Shown: positions 36,506-49,755 of the stretch, one piece after another | How the letters are laid out: each line of letters opens with the position of its first letter | Position numbering within the stretch: the first letter of the stretch is position 1 | NCBI RefSeq assembly: GCF_022045235.1 | Contig: NW_027266265.1 | Span: 38,130,001-38,194,000 of the forward strand | Origin: Haliotis cracherodii | Taxonomy: Eukaryota | Reading direction: 5' to 3' | DNA length: 64,000 nucleotides | Notes under the pieces: model-generated | Seen by the model: only the letters and a program-made list of their open reading frames with translations | Databases searched by the model: none | Told to the model about the DNA's origin: nothing | Program-made: the position numbers and the translations under genes

Positions 36506-38154
36506 AAAACAACACCATTTCAATAATACATCTTTTCTAAAAGCAGAGTCCATTGTAAGATTCCGACTATATCACAAGCATGTGTTTATGAATCACTATC
36601 AAATAGTGATGACACCAGGGGTTACCTTGGCTCTCATCCGAAAAGATAAAACTATAAATTCATCAATTGTTTTCGAAAGTTTTTATTCATATTTATGAAA
36701 ACGAACTATATTGCTGAACTGTTATTCAATCGTCGATTACATTTAGATCAATGGCCTGATGCAACAGTTTTGTAATGGACGCGATTAAGAAAATACATAT
36801 GACGGACAAGGTGAGCTAAACCCAATCTTCCAGGTGATCGACATGTTATCAACGTCGCTACATCCAAAACGGTAACGATGCAAGACGAATGTGCTCCTTC
36901 TTTAGGTTCCGACTCAAGCAGTTTACGACAGCCACGACGGTAATGCATATATTTATAATCACGAACTGCATCTTTAATTTCAAGTGACGTGTCAACGCAG
37001 AAGTAGCTCCGCGACAAGAAGGCAAACCGCTGTCTCCATGGCAGACTTCTCCACTTAGGCTATGTACATCACTCCGCCATCTGTCGCCCGCTCTTGTTAC
37101 CAGAGCCACTTCCAACTATCTCCCGCCATTTCGAGGCCGTCAACAAGTCATTAGGGAGACATATCAAAGACTAAAGCAGCAGGTAGGCCGACATACACCC
37201 CAGTCAAACCGTCGGCACAAACATATCTGTCCGCGCAGCACGATACAGCATTTCCGGTTTCGCGCCGCGCGTGCCGCTTCTCTTTGATGTCGTTGGCAAT
37301 TGTCGCGCGAGAGCGTGGCTCGTTATGGCGACAACGGAAGCTATTTGCCTAGTGCCCTTGACAAAGTCAATGTAACATCAACTGAACCGTACGTACCTTG
37401 TGAAGTGACAGCCTGCTCGTAAAGAACACGTTTATCATGACAGAAAACGGAGGAAAAAATCTATTGTTCGCCTCAAGAGGGCATTAAAATACACGTGTTT
37501 AAGCACCAAATTAATCACTCGCAATAACAACCACTCTACAAGCGCAATTGCATCACTCTTGTTCAATACTAGCTCTAAAGGTACAATAAAACACAGGAAA
37601 CAGTCATTAGGGATGTTTCCACATTATAAAGTCCAGTGCGTGTTCGGGCCTAATACCGTTTGAATAAAATATGAAGCCAAATACAATAGTCTTTTTTATG
37701 CACGCGCCTAAATTTTTCTCTTTCATAGCTTGAGTGTGTTCGTAATCTTTTGTAAGTATCCAAATAAAACTTAAAAGGATTTTTTTCTGACTTTCCTACG
37801 CTGAATTCAAGGTGGCTCTCAATGGCGAAAAGGCTGAGTTACATTTGAAAAGCTCCCGACAGATTGATCTTTGCTGATGAGGAGCCGGAAAGTCTGAACG
37901 CTCTTTTGCAACGAGAAATGATCTTTTTAAAAATTTGAAATTACGTTTGAAAATAAATCACATAGATGCTGAAAGCAAGCTGTCGAGTGAAATAATTAAA
38001 TTTTTGAACAAGATGTCCTTTCAGCTTTGCTCAGCTGACCTTGCGATTCCTGGCTTACGACTAATCCCAAGGTCCTCACTATCATGGACAAGAGCGTCCT
38101 GGAAGAAATTTTCCAATGCATGTCCATAAATCTTGACACCTGCGTGGAGCAATA

Positions 38155-38310
38155 GGGTCGGTTAGTGGTTAAAGGCGTTCACTGGTCACGCCGAAGGCAT
38201 GGGTTCGATTTCCCACATGGGTACAATGGATGAAGCCCAAGTCTGGTGTTCCCCGCCATGGTATAGCGGGAATATTTCTAAAAGCGGCGTAAAATCCAAC
38301 TCACTCTCTC
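38155..38310 (+). mobile_element. SINE family B
   Basis: A/B boxes and tail. Confidence 0.8.
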
Positions 38311-38465
38311 ACTGGTCACTTTGGTCATATCTTGCGAAAACTGCATTTTTCATCAAATACCTGATGATTGGCAGTCTATAATAACGTTAACGCCGTATCG
38401 ACGTTATCAGCATATATCACATGCTGAATCCAACAGCTTATACTTAAGTAACCCCACGAGCTCCA

Positions 38466-38583
38466 AGATCCGGGTTAAAATTGTCAATCACTGGACTGTC
38501 TGGTCCAGACTCTATTATTTACAGACCGCCATCATATAGCTGGAATATAGCTGGATGCGGCGTTAAACAAAAAACAAACAAAC
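38466..38583 (+). mobile_element. SINE family A, internally deleted
   Basis: aagatccgggtt joined to the 3' part. Confidence 0.7.
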
Positions 38584-38696
38584 ACACTTTGAAGATGTCG
38601 CAATCCTCCTCTTTCCTTCTTTAAAGGTAGTCATTGACCGCTCATACTAAGCGCTGCTTATCCCACAATGTAATACAACTCTAGTTGCTTAAGCTT

Positions 38697-40052
38697 TACC
38701 CTTGATTATATGTGTACACGGGAACACTACCCTTGATTATATGTGTCCAAAGGAACACCACTCTTGACTGTATGTGTCCACAGTAACACTACTCTTGACT
38801 GTATGTGTCCACAGGAACACTACTCTTGACTGTATATGTACATAGGAACACTACTCTTGACTATATGTGTCCACAGGAACACTACTCTTGACTATATGTG
38901 TCCACAGGAACACTACTCTTGACTATATGTGTCCACAGGAACACCAATCTTGACTATATGTGTCCACAGGAACACTACTCTTGACTATATGTGTACACAG
39001 GAACACTACTCTTGACTATATGTGTCCACGGGAACACCACTCTTGACTGTATGTGTCCACTGGAACACGACTCTTGACTATATGTGTCCACAGGAACACC
39101 ACTCTTGACTATATGTGTCCACAGGAACACTACTCTTGACTATATGTGTACACAGGAACACTACTCTTGACTATATGTGTACGCAGGAACACTACTCTTG
39201 ACTGTATGTGTCCACAGGAACACCACTCTTGACTGTATGTGTACACAGGAACACTACTCTTGACTATATGTGTACACAGGAACACTACTCTTGACTATAT
39301 GTGTCCACAGGAACACTACCTTTGACTATATGTGTACACAGGAACACTACTCTTCACTGTATGTGTACACAGGAACACTACTCTTGACTATATGTGTCCA
39401 CAGGAACACTACTCTTCACTGTATGTGTACACAGGAACACTACTCTTGACTATATGTGTCCACAGGAACATACTCTTGACTGTATGTGTACACAGGAACA
39501 CTACTCTTGACTGTATGTGTACACAGGAACACTACTCTTGACTATATGTGTACACAGGAACACTACTCTTGACTATATGTGTACACAGGAACACTACTCT
39601 TGACTATATGTGTACACAGGAACACCACTCTTGACTATATGTGTCCACAGGAACACTACTCTTGACTATATGTGTACACAGGAACACTACTCTTGACTAT
39701 ATGTGTACACAGGAACACTATTCTTGACTGTATGTGTCCACAGGAACACCACTCTTGACTGTATGTGTACACAGGAACACTACTCTTGACTATATGTGTA
39801 CATAGGAACACTACTCTTGACTATATGTGTCCACAGGAACACTACTCTTCACTATATGTGTACACAGGAACACTACTCTTGACTATATGTGTCCACAGGA
39901 ACATACTCTTGACTGTATGTGTCCACAGGAACACTATATGTGTACACAGGAACACTACTCTTGACTATATGTGTCCACAGGAACACTACCTTTGACTATA
40001 TGTGTCCACTGGAACACGACTTTTGACTACATTTGTCCCCGGGAACACTACA
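38697..40052. repeat. Minisatellite, 31-bp unit (tcttgactatatgtgtccacaggaacactac)
   Basis: Direct tandem units. Confidence 0.97.
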
Positions 40053-40070
40053 CATCAGCCAACGTCTTGG

Positions 40071-40320
40071 TTGGTTGGTTGGTTGGTTGGTTGTTTAACG
40101 CCGCACTCGGCAATTTTCCAGCTATATGATGGCGGTCTGTAAATAATCGAGTCTGGACCAGACAATCCAGTGATTAACATCATGAGCAACGATCTACGCA
40201 ATTTGGATCGATGACATGCATCAACCAAGTCAGCGAGCCTGACCACCTGATGTCGTTAGTCGCCTCTTACGGCAAGCATGGGTTAATGAAGTTCTATTCT
40301 ACCCCGGATGTTCACGGGTT
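40071..40320 (-). mobile_element. SINE family A, full length
   Basis: 11-bp TSD caacgtcttgg (40060-40070, 40321-40331). Confidence 0.9.
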
Positions 40321-40659
40321 CAACGTCTTGGACATCAAGAGCAATCATTTTTACCTGAAAAAGAACCATTTATGACAGATTCTCAACATACACCTTGGCT
40401 TCTTCATCGTTACGACTTATTTCACTTCAGTCTTTCCTGACACAGTAGGCCGACGCAGGCTTGATGACGGTTAGATGATGCATGTCGAACACCTGATGGT
40501 TCCACTCAAGACTTCAAGACTTATTCCTGTCTACGTGCCTATTTCTCTGCCCTTTTCAACAGTTCTCGTCAGTTGCTGTGTGGGGGAACTTTTCGTAATC
40601 TTTGTGACAGCTTTAGTCTCGTGTTCTGCGACAGCTATAATCTCGTGTTCTGCGACAGC

Positions 40660-41140
40660 TTTAGTCACATGGTTTCTATGACAGCTCTAGTCTCGTTCTC
40701 CCTCGTTCAGTTCTAGTCACGTGGTTTCTATGACAGCTCTAGTCTCGTTCTCCCTCATTCAGTTCTAGTCACGTGGTTTCTATGACAGCTTTATCCCGTT
40801 CTCCCTCATTCAGTTCTAGTCACGTGGATACAATGACAGCTCTAGTCTCGTTCTCCCTCGTTCAGTTCTAGTCACGTGGTTTCTATGACAGCTCTAGTCT
40901 CGTTCTCCCTCATTCAGTTCTAGTCACGTGGTTTCTATGACAGCTCTAGTCTCGTTCTCCCTCATTCAGTTCTTGTCACGTGGATACAATGACAGCTCTA
41001 GTCTCGTTCTCCCTCGCTCAGTTCTAGTCACGTGGTTTCTATGACAGCTCTAGTCTCGTTCTCCCTCATTCAGTTCTAGTCACGTGGATACAATGACAGC
41101 TCTAGTCTCGTTCTCCCTCATTCAGCTCTTGTCACGTGGT
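40660..41140. repeat. Tandem repeat, 52-bp unit
   Basis: gacagctctagtctcgttctccctcattcagttctagtcacgtggtttctat repeated. Confidence 0.95.
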
Positions 41141-41263
41141 TTTTGTGAAATCATAAGTCTCGAGCTGTCTGTGACAGTTCTTTTCTCGGGCTCTCTGACA
41201 TTTTTTTATGTCATGCCATATCTGACAATTTAAGCCTCGTGTTAAGGCCTGGTGTGGCTTTCT

Positions 41264-41425
41264 GGAGCGGTCAGGTAGCCTAGTGGTTACAGCGTTGGCT
41301 CGTAACGCCGAAGACCTGGGCTCGATTCCATACATGGGTACAACGTGTGAAGCCTATTTCTGGTATCCCCCGCCGTGATATTGCTGGAATATTGCTCAAA
41401 GCGGCGTAAAACCATACTCACTCAC
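41264..41425 (+). mobile_element. SINE family B
   Basis: A/B boxes and tail. Confidence 0.85.
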
Positions 41426-41561
41426 TTTCTAGTGGCTTTTTAGTCTCGCTCGCTCATTCATTCGAAGACACGGACCCAAGCTTCCACTTACGCCATTGAA
41501 CCCGCTTGTCTCATGATACTTATGACTTTTTTATTCTCTTCACTTTTCAAGTATCTTACCC

Positions 41562-42106
41562 CATCTTCCCGAGGCAAGAGAGTAAACTGACTATAAAAGT
41601 CCAGTTTCCACCCTTGCCGAACTAGGCTGGTATTATGGAGTTACATTTTGTCTGGACTAACGAGTCTATGCATAGTCCAATCAAAATCACGCACCGAAAT
41701 CAAAATCCGGTTCGTAAACTGTCGTGCAGATTTCGATCGATTGTAGGATTTGCAAAGCAAGTGCACCGCCAACTCATTGGCAGCAGATATTTTCCCAATC
41801 TTTTCACGTTTTTAATCAAGGTGCTCACGTGATTTGATGCATTTCGCGACGTAAGACCCGTTTTATCACAATATATATCTTGGTTATCGATCAGATCGTC
41901 CTGACTGAGCGCCACCATTTTGTGTGAAGTAAACGCATGTCATACGAGAGGTGGAATCTGATTGGTCCATAGGAGAGGCTTAGAAGGGACATAATTGGTA
42001 ATAGCCACTGGTGGCGCAACGATCGAGCCCATTAATTCCAGCCTAGTTCGGCAAGGGTGGAAACTGGACATTTAAGGTCAGTTAACTCCCTTGCCTCGGG
42101 AAGATG
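41562..42106. mobile_element. Mutator-like MITE family 1 (545 bp)
   Basis: ~65-bp TIR catcttcccgaggcaag...; perfect 9-bp TSD atcttaccc (41553-41561 and 42107-42115). Confidence 0.9.
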
Positions 42107-42905
42107 ATCTTACCCTTGATGACGTTCCAGCGTTACATCAAGTTTTAAATGTTGACGGTATAACTTTTGAACAGTTTAATGTCGTCAGATTAGTTGGAAC
42201 CGGCGAAGTCGGATGTACTCTACTCTCATTTGCATACAGTGTTCTACAGAGTAAATGACAATGGAGCGTTGTAATGATTTTGAAGACACGACTCCAGCTA
42301 TCCACTGCGTCCACTTCCCATACACTCTGCTTATCGTCATTCTGTGCTGGGGCGCACAATCTGCAGATAAGTACCCACTTCAAACGAATGTGCCACACGC
42401 TGGGTTAGAGCTAAGAAGGCGTACCTTTCTTTAGACGGCACGTTCCGACAGCGATTCTAATTAATGTATTTTAAGGCAGTGGCATTCTTTGACTTTTGAT
42501 TATGTTTCTAGGTTGTCAGTGGCCACAGAGACACTTACACATGTGTATACAGATAAATTATCCCTGTGGTATTAAAACATTTGTATGTACTTTTTATATT
42601 TTAGGTTAAATGATTTACAAAAATTCACATGACTTTAAGGCAAAATGACGAGAGAACATTTCAGGGCACATTTAACAATTTTTCCTGAAATAACATTATT
42701 TTGGGGTAAAGGTTCAAATTCTTGAATGTTGACAAATGCTGGTTTATTAAAAATAGTTGGTAATTCAGCTTAAGGGATATCATTAAATGGACATTCTCTT
42801 TCATTTAGTGGAAGAGGGGGAAAACAATATCTGCCCGTTTCTATTTCAATTTTTAGAGAGCCGCAACTTAAGGAGCTAGAAAATAACTATTTTAGTCCCC
42901 ATACC

Positions 42906-43121
42906 TTGGTTTGTTTACTCCGCGATATTCCAGCTATATGATGGCGGTCTGTAAATAATCGAGTCTGTACCAGACAATCCAATGAATGACATCATGAGCA
43001 TCTATCTTCGCAACTGGGATACGATGACATGCAGCAAGCCTGACCACCCGATCCCGTCAGTCGCCTCTGAAGACAAGCATGGGTTGCTGAAGATCAATAC
43101 TAACCCGGATCTCCACGGGTC
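42906..43121 (-). mobile_element. SINE family A
   Basis: 5' end gacccgtggagatcc. Confidence 0.85.
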
Positions 43122-43518
43122 CCCCCTAGACTAGCAATAGAGTTTTGGGAAGCAGGAGACACTGGGGTCAAAAATAATTTTATTCTCATATCTTGAAAAA
43201 GAGTAACAATATAATCAATGATTTTATAGCCTCTGCCTTAGACTTTTTAATACCAGATTAATCAACACACAGACACTAACAAATGTAAAAACACTTACTT
43301 TATTGTAACAACACCATTCACATCAAAGAAATACCGCAAGTCGGCCTGAGATGTATTCTGAAACCCAAAGGTCTGCCTCGCGTGTAGACAGACACCTTAC
43401 AGATAGTTAAGACATTTGAGATGCACTTCATAGTCTATGATAATGAGAATCGTGATGGTTCGGTCAGGACTGCTTATGATAGACTGACCAAACTGACAAT
43501 AATACAACAATACAAATA

Positions 43519-43692
43519 CACCCAAACACCCTTGTGTCGAAGTTGAAGGGACCTGCGTATATACTTCGAGTTATCCGAGGTTCGACACGACCGAAAATGA
43601 TGAATAAAGAAAGAATAAGCAAGGACCAAACTCTTCCTTCGAGACCGCCCCAAGTTCGATACATCAAAGTTCAACACGACGGTGTTTGACTG
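43519..43692. mobile_element. pogo/Tigger-like MITE
   Basis: TA-cacccaaacacccttgtgtcgaa ... ttcaacacgacggtgtttgactg-TA; internal gttcga repeats. Confidence 0.65.
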
Positions 43693-43849
43693 TAGCTCAA
43701 TGATAGGAATATATTCTCTGCAGCCTTGCAGCCTCAAAGTTTGTAATGATACAATATTAAAGTATGAAGCTGTTAATTATACTGATTTATATGACACAAT
43801 TGACCTTATGGCCTGGCCACCTATTAATGCACAATCAATCCAAATGTAA

Positions 43850-44110
43850 TCCGTGAAGATCCGGGGTAGAATAGGTCTTCAGTAACCTATGCTTGCCGTA
43901 ATTGCGACTATGCTTTGTCGTAAGAGGCGACTACGGGATCGGGTGGTCAGGCTCGCTGACTTATTTGATGCATGTCATCGGTCCAAATTGCGTGGATCGA
44001 TGCTCATGATATTACTCACTGGATTGTCTGGTCCAGACTCGATTATTTACAGCCCGCCGTAATATAGCTGGAATATTGTTGAGTGCCGCGTAAAACATGC
44101 CAAACCAACC
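43850..44110 (+). mobile_element. SINE family A
   Basis: Full consensus match. Confidence 0.85.
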
Positions 44111-45269
44111 GTAAAATCTTGTTTTTGTATTTTTAAAAGTAAAAAGTAAGGAAGATTAAAAAAAGGCTTGACCCTGATTCCAACGCAATCTGATAACACG
44201 AATAAGCCTGTAACAACATCACAGATATGATAAATATGGTTGTTACAGTTGTGTCGAAGTAAGAGCAACAGGCTTCTTGGCCATTCTCTTATTTGTTTAA
44301 ATTATGCATAAGTGCACTTTGGGGATAAAAATATATAAAAAACCTCTTGAACAAAAACAACAGCGATCGATTATTTTGTTTACGAAAGTGATGAACTGAT
44401 CAATCAAGGACAATCACATTATTGTTTTTAATCATGTATTGTTGATGTGCCTTTTTATTCATTTCGATTTCGCCGTGGTTAATATGACTATAGGCCACCG
44501 CTATGCCTGGCAGTATCAGGAGTTCATTTGTACCAGCACTTAGCCCTTAACAGGGAGTAATTGCTTTGTTACCAGCAGGGAAGGAACACATTGGTAAATG
44601 CATCTACTGACCAGTCAACGTCCACAGAGGTCCAACCGAGGTGTCAAGGCATTGCGCTTGAGGGCGGTCACTTTGATCTCATAGAATCCAGTTAAATAGA
44701 ATGTAAATATAGTCTTTCTTTACGACATTGAGAAAATCGGTTTCCGGGAAGTTCCGAGAAACTTTTGTCGTACTGCGTTATTCTCACGTGCAAATGATCC
44801 TAATTAGAGTCCGGTCTTTGAAGTTGCTCGAGAACGGAGGTCCCGCCACTAGACCGCTTTGTGTTCATGTCAATGTCTCATCCGGGCATCTGACTTTCAT
44901 CAGTACCTTGTATTCAGAACCTTAACGGCAGTGCTTCGGGCCTTCACAGGGCAGGGTTCGTTTATAACATATGAAAAAGAAAGAAACATAAGATTGTTTT
45001 TTACAAATATGATACATCAAAATGTCAGTTTTACCTTTGACTGTCGACCTACTATTGTTTGAATTTAGATGAAAGGACATTTTCAATCTTTTCTTGTTTT
45101 TTTTATGATAAGAATTTCAAAGGATAAATATTTAGATATGTTGTTAAGACTCACTCCAGTTCAAGCTTAACTTGGGTGTGATGTCCTTTACTCGCAGGCC
45201 ATGTGCGAAATTTTTGTTTAGCTAAACATTTTTTCGCAGGCCCTGTACAAATAGAGAATCTCACCAGAC

Positions 45270-46320
45270 TATCTTTTGATATCAAATATATCAACACGAG
45301 TTGATAAAAGTAGGAAAACTCAGAGGCTTGCCGAGGATTTTGTCCACTTTTATCAACGAGTGTTGATATATTTGATATCAAAAGACACGACAGTGAAATT
45401 TTATTTATCATCCAACATCATTCTTCTAACTTTTTCAGTTTATAGACAGAAATAAGCAGTGTCTTAAAGGGGAAGTGTACACGCAAAAGTTACTTTCTTT
45501 CTTTTTCTAAACAAAACGCAATTTTAGAATTAGTTAGTATCTTGTTTGAAAATATACACTCATTTTTTCACAGTGAAAGTAGGAAGCTCACAATAGTGTG
45601 AAAATGATATGCCGTTATGAGGCTTTCGTCTTTCGAGCTAAACAGGCCTGAGTTATCCCCCTAGATTATGACGTAATTGGTGCCAATTCAACTGGGTCTG
45701 GAGTCTATTCTCAACGCAAAATATATCAAGTACCAGTTTGCGGTAAAACAACATGGCCTACGACACACTCCGGCGCAGTGGTGACTCGGCATAACACTAT
45801 GCTAGCTGGCATCTGAGACGCAAGAATCACACACCTGTACCTACACCACGTGAAGCGGCTCTAACAAAGCATGATGACGTCATAATGTTTATCAATTGGC
45901 ACTAATGACGTCATATTGCAAGGGGCATAAGCCATGGTATTTTTGTTATGGAAATAGAACACTTGGTAAATGTGAAAAATATAAATAGCTTTAATGCGAA
46001 AAATATGTTGATTAATTGTGATATTTTTATATTTTTGTCTATGACACTTGTAGGTTAATACTTTTAATGTGGAAAAAGTACAAGAAAAATAGGTTTATTT
46101 CCGTGTGAACTTGCCCTTTAAGTGTAAAAAGTACTGCTAACAGCTGCAGTAGACGAGCCATTAGTGATGTCATTTGATTGTGACGTCATCGTAACAATGA
46201 CGTCACAATGGTCTGCAAAGAATTGTGAGGCAATTTCATTGCAGCGATATCTACAGTGTAGATATCGCTCGATCTCACCCAAGCTATATCTCCTGTGGGA
46301 GCCAGTTTTGGATGATAAAT
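45270..46320. repeat. Dispersed repeat with palindromic end (host of the Kolobok-like insert)
   Basis: Hairpin cttttgatatcaaatatatcaacac...gtgttgatatatttgatatcaaaag; 46118-46320 is the inverted homologue of 27090-27263. Confidence 0.65.
45468..46117. mobile_element. Kolobok-like non-autonomous element
   Basis: TTAA TSD (45464-45467, 46118-46121); termini AGGGGAAGTGTACACG / CGTGTGAACTTGCCCT; interrupts a repeat whose uninterrupted copy is at 27090-27306. Confidence 0.75.
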
Positions 46321-46454
46321 TGACGTCATGACCAAGCAATCCTAGTTGATGTCATGGGCAACGATCCATCCTTTCGGCAACCTTGTCCGACAATCTGTCA
46401 GGTGAGACACATCGTCCATACGTCACAGGTTTGTATTTACTCAGCCGTAAATAT

Positions 46455-46713
46455 TTGCTTGTTGTTTAACGCCGAACTCAGCAATATTCCAACTATATGA
46501 CGGTGGTCTGTAAATAATCGAGTCTGGACCAGACAATCCAGTGATTGACATCATGAGCAAAATCCACGCAATTGGGATACGATTACATGCATCAACAAAG
46601 TAAGTCAGCCTGACCACCCGATCCCGTTAGTCGCCTCTTACGACAATCATAGTGGCCTTTTACGGCAAGCATGGGTTACTGAATACCTATTCTACACCGG
46701 ATCTTCAAGGGTC
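46455..46713 (-). mobile_element. SINE family A
   Basis: Flanked by cagccgtaaata / cagccgttaata. Confidence 0.85.
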
Positions 46714-46758
46714 AGCCGTTAATAAATACCGTAGTTTTGCAGTGTAGTGAGTGAGTAT

Positions 46759-46759
<1 letters not shown>

Positions 46760-46830
<71 letters not shown>

Positions 46831-46868
46831 GGGGGGGGGGGGGGGAAGGGGGGGGAAGGGGGGGGGGT
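46760..46868. repeat. (GT)n followed by poly-G tract
   Basis: Direct reading; a poly-G run this long may be a sequencing artefact. Confidence 0.85.
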
Positions 46869-46885
46869 GTACACACACCATGACA

Positions 46886-47430
46886 GGTCACGTCAGAACA
46901 CCTTTCGTGAACTTTGACCAGCTAATGAAATTACCAACAGGAAATCGCCATTAGCCGGTCAGAAAGAAGCTTTCTCGAGCTTTGCGGTACTAGTTTCAAA
47001 CTGGCGACATCCAGCTCTCAATTCAACATTTGAAAACTGAACAAAAAGAAAAATCTGGAATGTGTAATAGATGGCTGAGATTGTGTGTTAATACGTCCCA
47101 TGAACTACTGAAAGTCTCTTCCATTTGAAGTATTTGAAGTATACGTTTTATCGTATTGAAGCGAGAGATGGGTCGATAATTTTGACAGAATTGACAGTCC
47201 GTAACTGTCGTTCGGAATACCTCGTGTTCACCTTTTCGAGGTTGCATGATTAGAAAAAAAGTCCGACTGTCACGTTCCCAATATGGTAAGCGACTCCCTG
47301 ATTGGTCGGATAAAATATCGTTCTGACGCGACCCGAAATGGGATGTACTCAAATCTTTGTAACTCCATAATTCCAGCCCAGTAAAACCTGAACTTTGGTA
47401 GTCAGTTAACGCCCTTGCCTCGGGAAGATG
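46886..47430. mobile_element. Chimeric MITE: family-2 body with family-1 right terminus
   Basis: Body aligns with 48946-49325; ends in gtcagttaacgcccttgcctcgggaagatg like 42078-42106. Confidence 0.7.
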
Positions 47431-47567
47431 AAGTTATCCTTGATTAACACTGGTTCACTCTGGCTGAATCTAGTCAAGCCTGGATGAAAGAACTGTGGTT
47501 ACCTCGGTTCACTCAGGTCACTCAAGACTTAATAATCGAATGTACGTACTGATTGTATGAATTATGA

Positions 47568-47730
47568 TTGAGTAAAGTTTTACTCCGCTTTTCAGCAATA
47601 TTACGGCAAAATCACGGGGGTGGACACCAGCAATGGGCTTCACACATGCATGGTATCCATGTGGGGAGTCGAACCCGGGCCTTTAGCGTGACGAGCCAAC
47701 GTTTTAACCACTGGGCTACCCAACCGCCCC
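47568..47730 (-). mobile_element. SINE family B
   Basis: Reverse-complement consensus. Confidence 0.8.
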
Positions 47731-47847
47731 ATGATTTATGTGAACATGTATGAACAGATATTTAAGACATACACGACGAGCGGGAGTTGTTTATCGTACC
47801 AAAAAATACTGTACGGAGAATAAACCATGAGATGCAAGCCCCGTTCC

Positions 47848-47942
47848 ACAAGGCGATCGTATTGTAGCGCAACGACAGTCGTTAGTCTAAGTTAAAGTAT
47901 GTGAGTTGCGATAGTCTTAGCACTACGATAATTTTGTGAATT
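47848..47942. mobile_element. Short palindromic MITE
   Basis: Related to 60895-60996; both have a central aagtatgtgagttgcga / aagcatgggagttacga between inverted arms. Confidence 0.5.
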
Positions 47943-48115
47943 CTAAAGATGGACCGTTGTATGGTATCAAATTCATACGTTTCAACTTTTGACGTGTTTG
48001 AAGTATTATTCTGTTAAACTCAATTGGACTATGCCGTGGATCGTGTAGGTGTCAACCTATTCATACTCAACAGTATAATTAAAAAAAACGTTATAAATGG
48101 CAAGTAATAAATATA

Positions 48116-48256
48116 ATACTAAACTCGCTCCCGTGTAAAACCAATTTTATGAAACTCGTGAATAGTTGTGGTATCTGACTCGCTTTCGCTCGTCAGATAC
48201 CACATCAATTTACTCGTTTCATAAAATTGGTATTACACGGGAGCTCGTTTAGTATT
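48116..48256. mobile_element. Foldback/palindromic non-autonomous element (possibly Crypton-like)
   Basis: ~65-bp arms around the centre actcgctttcgctcgt. Confidence 0.55.
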
Positions 48257-48877
48257 CTATAGTTTCCTTGTGTTCATTGAAATTCCTGCATTCTGATTAG
48301 CTGAATCGGTCACGTGGTATTGCATTCATTTCCCAATTAATGTGAAAAATTAAGCCGCGCCCACCGAAGCGGACTACTTTTATTACTACGGATTGTCGGG
48401 GAATCGTAATTACATGTGGGGTAATTACCTTTCTGCTCACGTGTATCGCCATGCACAGGACATTTAGCGAAATTCATGCATATTCCTTGTCCAAACAACC
48501 CTTGAGACCGAAGGCCGAGGAGGAATGAAACAGCAAATGTGCACACTCGCTCGCCTGTTTGCCACAACTTTCATTTCTTGGGGTTTCATTTCTAACTAGC
48601 ATTTTTCCAACTGGGTCTTCCCGTTCTCAGGGAACTAATGTTCGAATCTGGCGGTAACTGATTATGTCATTTGAAACAGCCGCCCTCTCCCGGACATATT
48701 TCTTCCGGCTCGTTACAGTCTGACTTGCAGTTCTTTTCGCCTCATTCCTTGATTGACAAGTCCTATGAACTTTGTTTTAATCCTACTCTCCGTTGATTGG
48801 CTACTGACTGTGTGGGCGTGTCAAGTTATGTCCATAAATTAAACAATCACCTGATTCATGTCACGCCACAGTATGTA

Positions 48878-49366
48878 CAATCTCATTAAAATCAGATCTT
48901 AGTGCTCGCTACCGCTGAACAAAGATCTGAGGACATCCCATTACGGGTCACGTCAGACCGACCTTGCGCGAACTTTGACCGACCAATGGAATGACCAATC
49001 AGAAGGAAGCTTTCTCGTGCCTTACGGCACTAATTTCTAATTGGCGACTTCGCTTCGAAACATATTTTGACAAATTCCGATAAAAACATTGAAACCTTAA
49101 CAAAAAACATTCTCGAAAGGTTAAAAATAGATGGTCTAGATTGTAAGGAATCAGTCGTTTAACCCGTAACTATCGTTCGGTATACCCCATGTCAAAGTTT
49201 TCGAGGTTGTACGATTAGAAATACATTCCGGCTGTCACTTTCATAATTTGGTAAGCAACGCACTGATTGGTCGGATGAAAGTTCGGTCTGACGTGACCCC
49301 GAATGGGATGTTCTCAGATCTTTGTTTAGCGGTAGCGAGAACTAAGGTCTCATTTTAATGAGATTG
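48878..49366. mobile_element. Mutator-like MITE family 2
   Basis: ~80-bp TIR caatctcattaaaat...cacgtcagaccga; 9-bp TSD cagtatgta/ctgtatgta. Confidence 0.85.
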
Positions 49367-49477
49367 CTGTATGTATTCCTACACCTGGAATGTTTATCAA
49401 TCTCATCATTTTGGTCTGCTTTTATATAAACTGTTTTTCGTTAAACTATTATATATTTTCGTTGTCGAATTTAACTA

Positions 49478-49755
49478 TAAGCATTGACTGTGTATTTTTT
49501 TCGGTTCATTGAGGTATGAATCGAAAAACCGATGTGCAAACTTTTGTAAGAATCCGCTTTTGTAAGAATCCGCTTACAAAGACGCCACAAATCGCAAACA
49601 ATAATGAAAAACGAAGCGTGTATAATACGCGGATTCTTACAAAAGTTTGCACATCGGTTTTTCGATTCATACCTCAATGAACCGAAAACAATACACAGCC
49701 AATCCTTAAATATACCACGCTTCGTTTTTCATTATTGTTTGCGATTTGTCGCGTA
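49478..49755. mobile_element. Foldback element with an inverted copy of its spacer outside the arm
   Basis: ~80-bp arms (49478-49557 / 49629-49709); spacer 49582-49620 reappears inverted at 49717-49754. Confidence 0.65.

Noticed and set aside
36748-37017. Faint hAT-like fragment
   Set aside because: Lacks the CxxH and catalytic motifs; too weak to call.
37875-37895. Hammerhead core ctgatgag...gaaa
   Set aside because: No plausible stems I and III.
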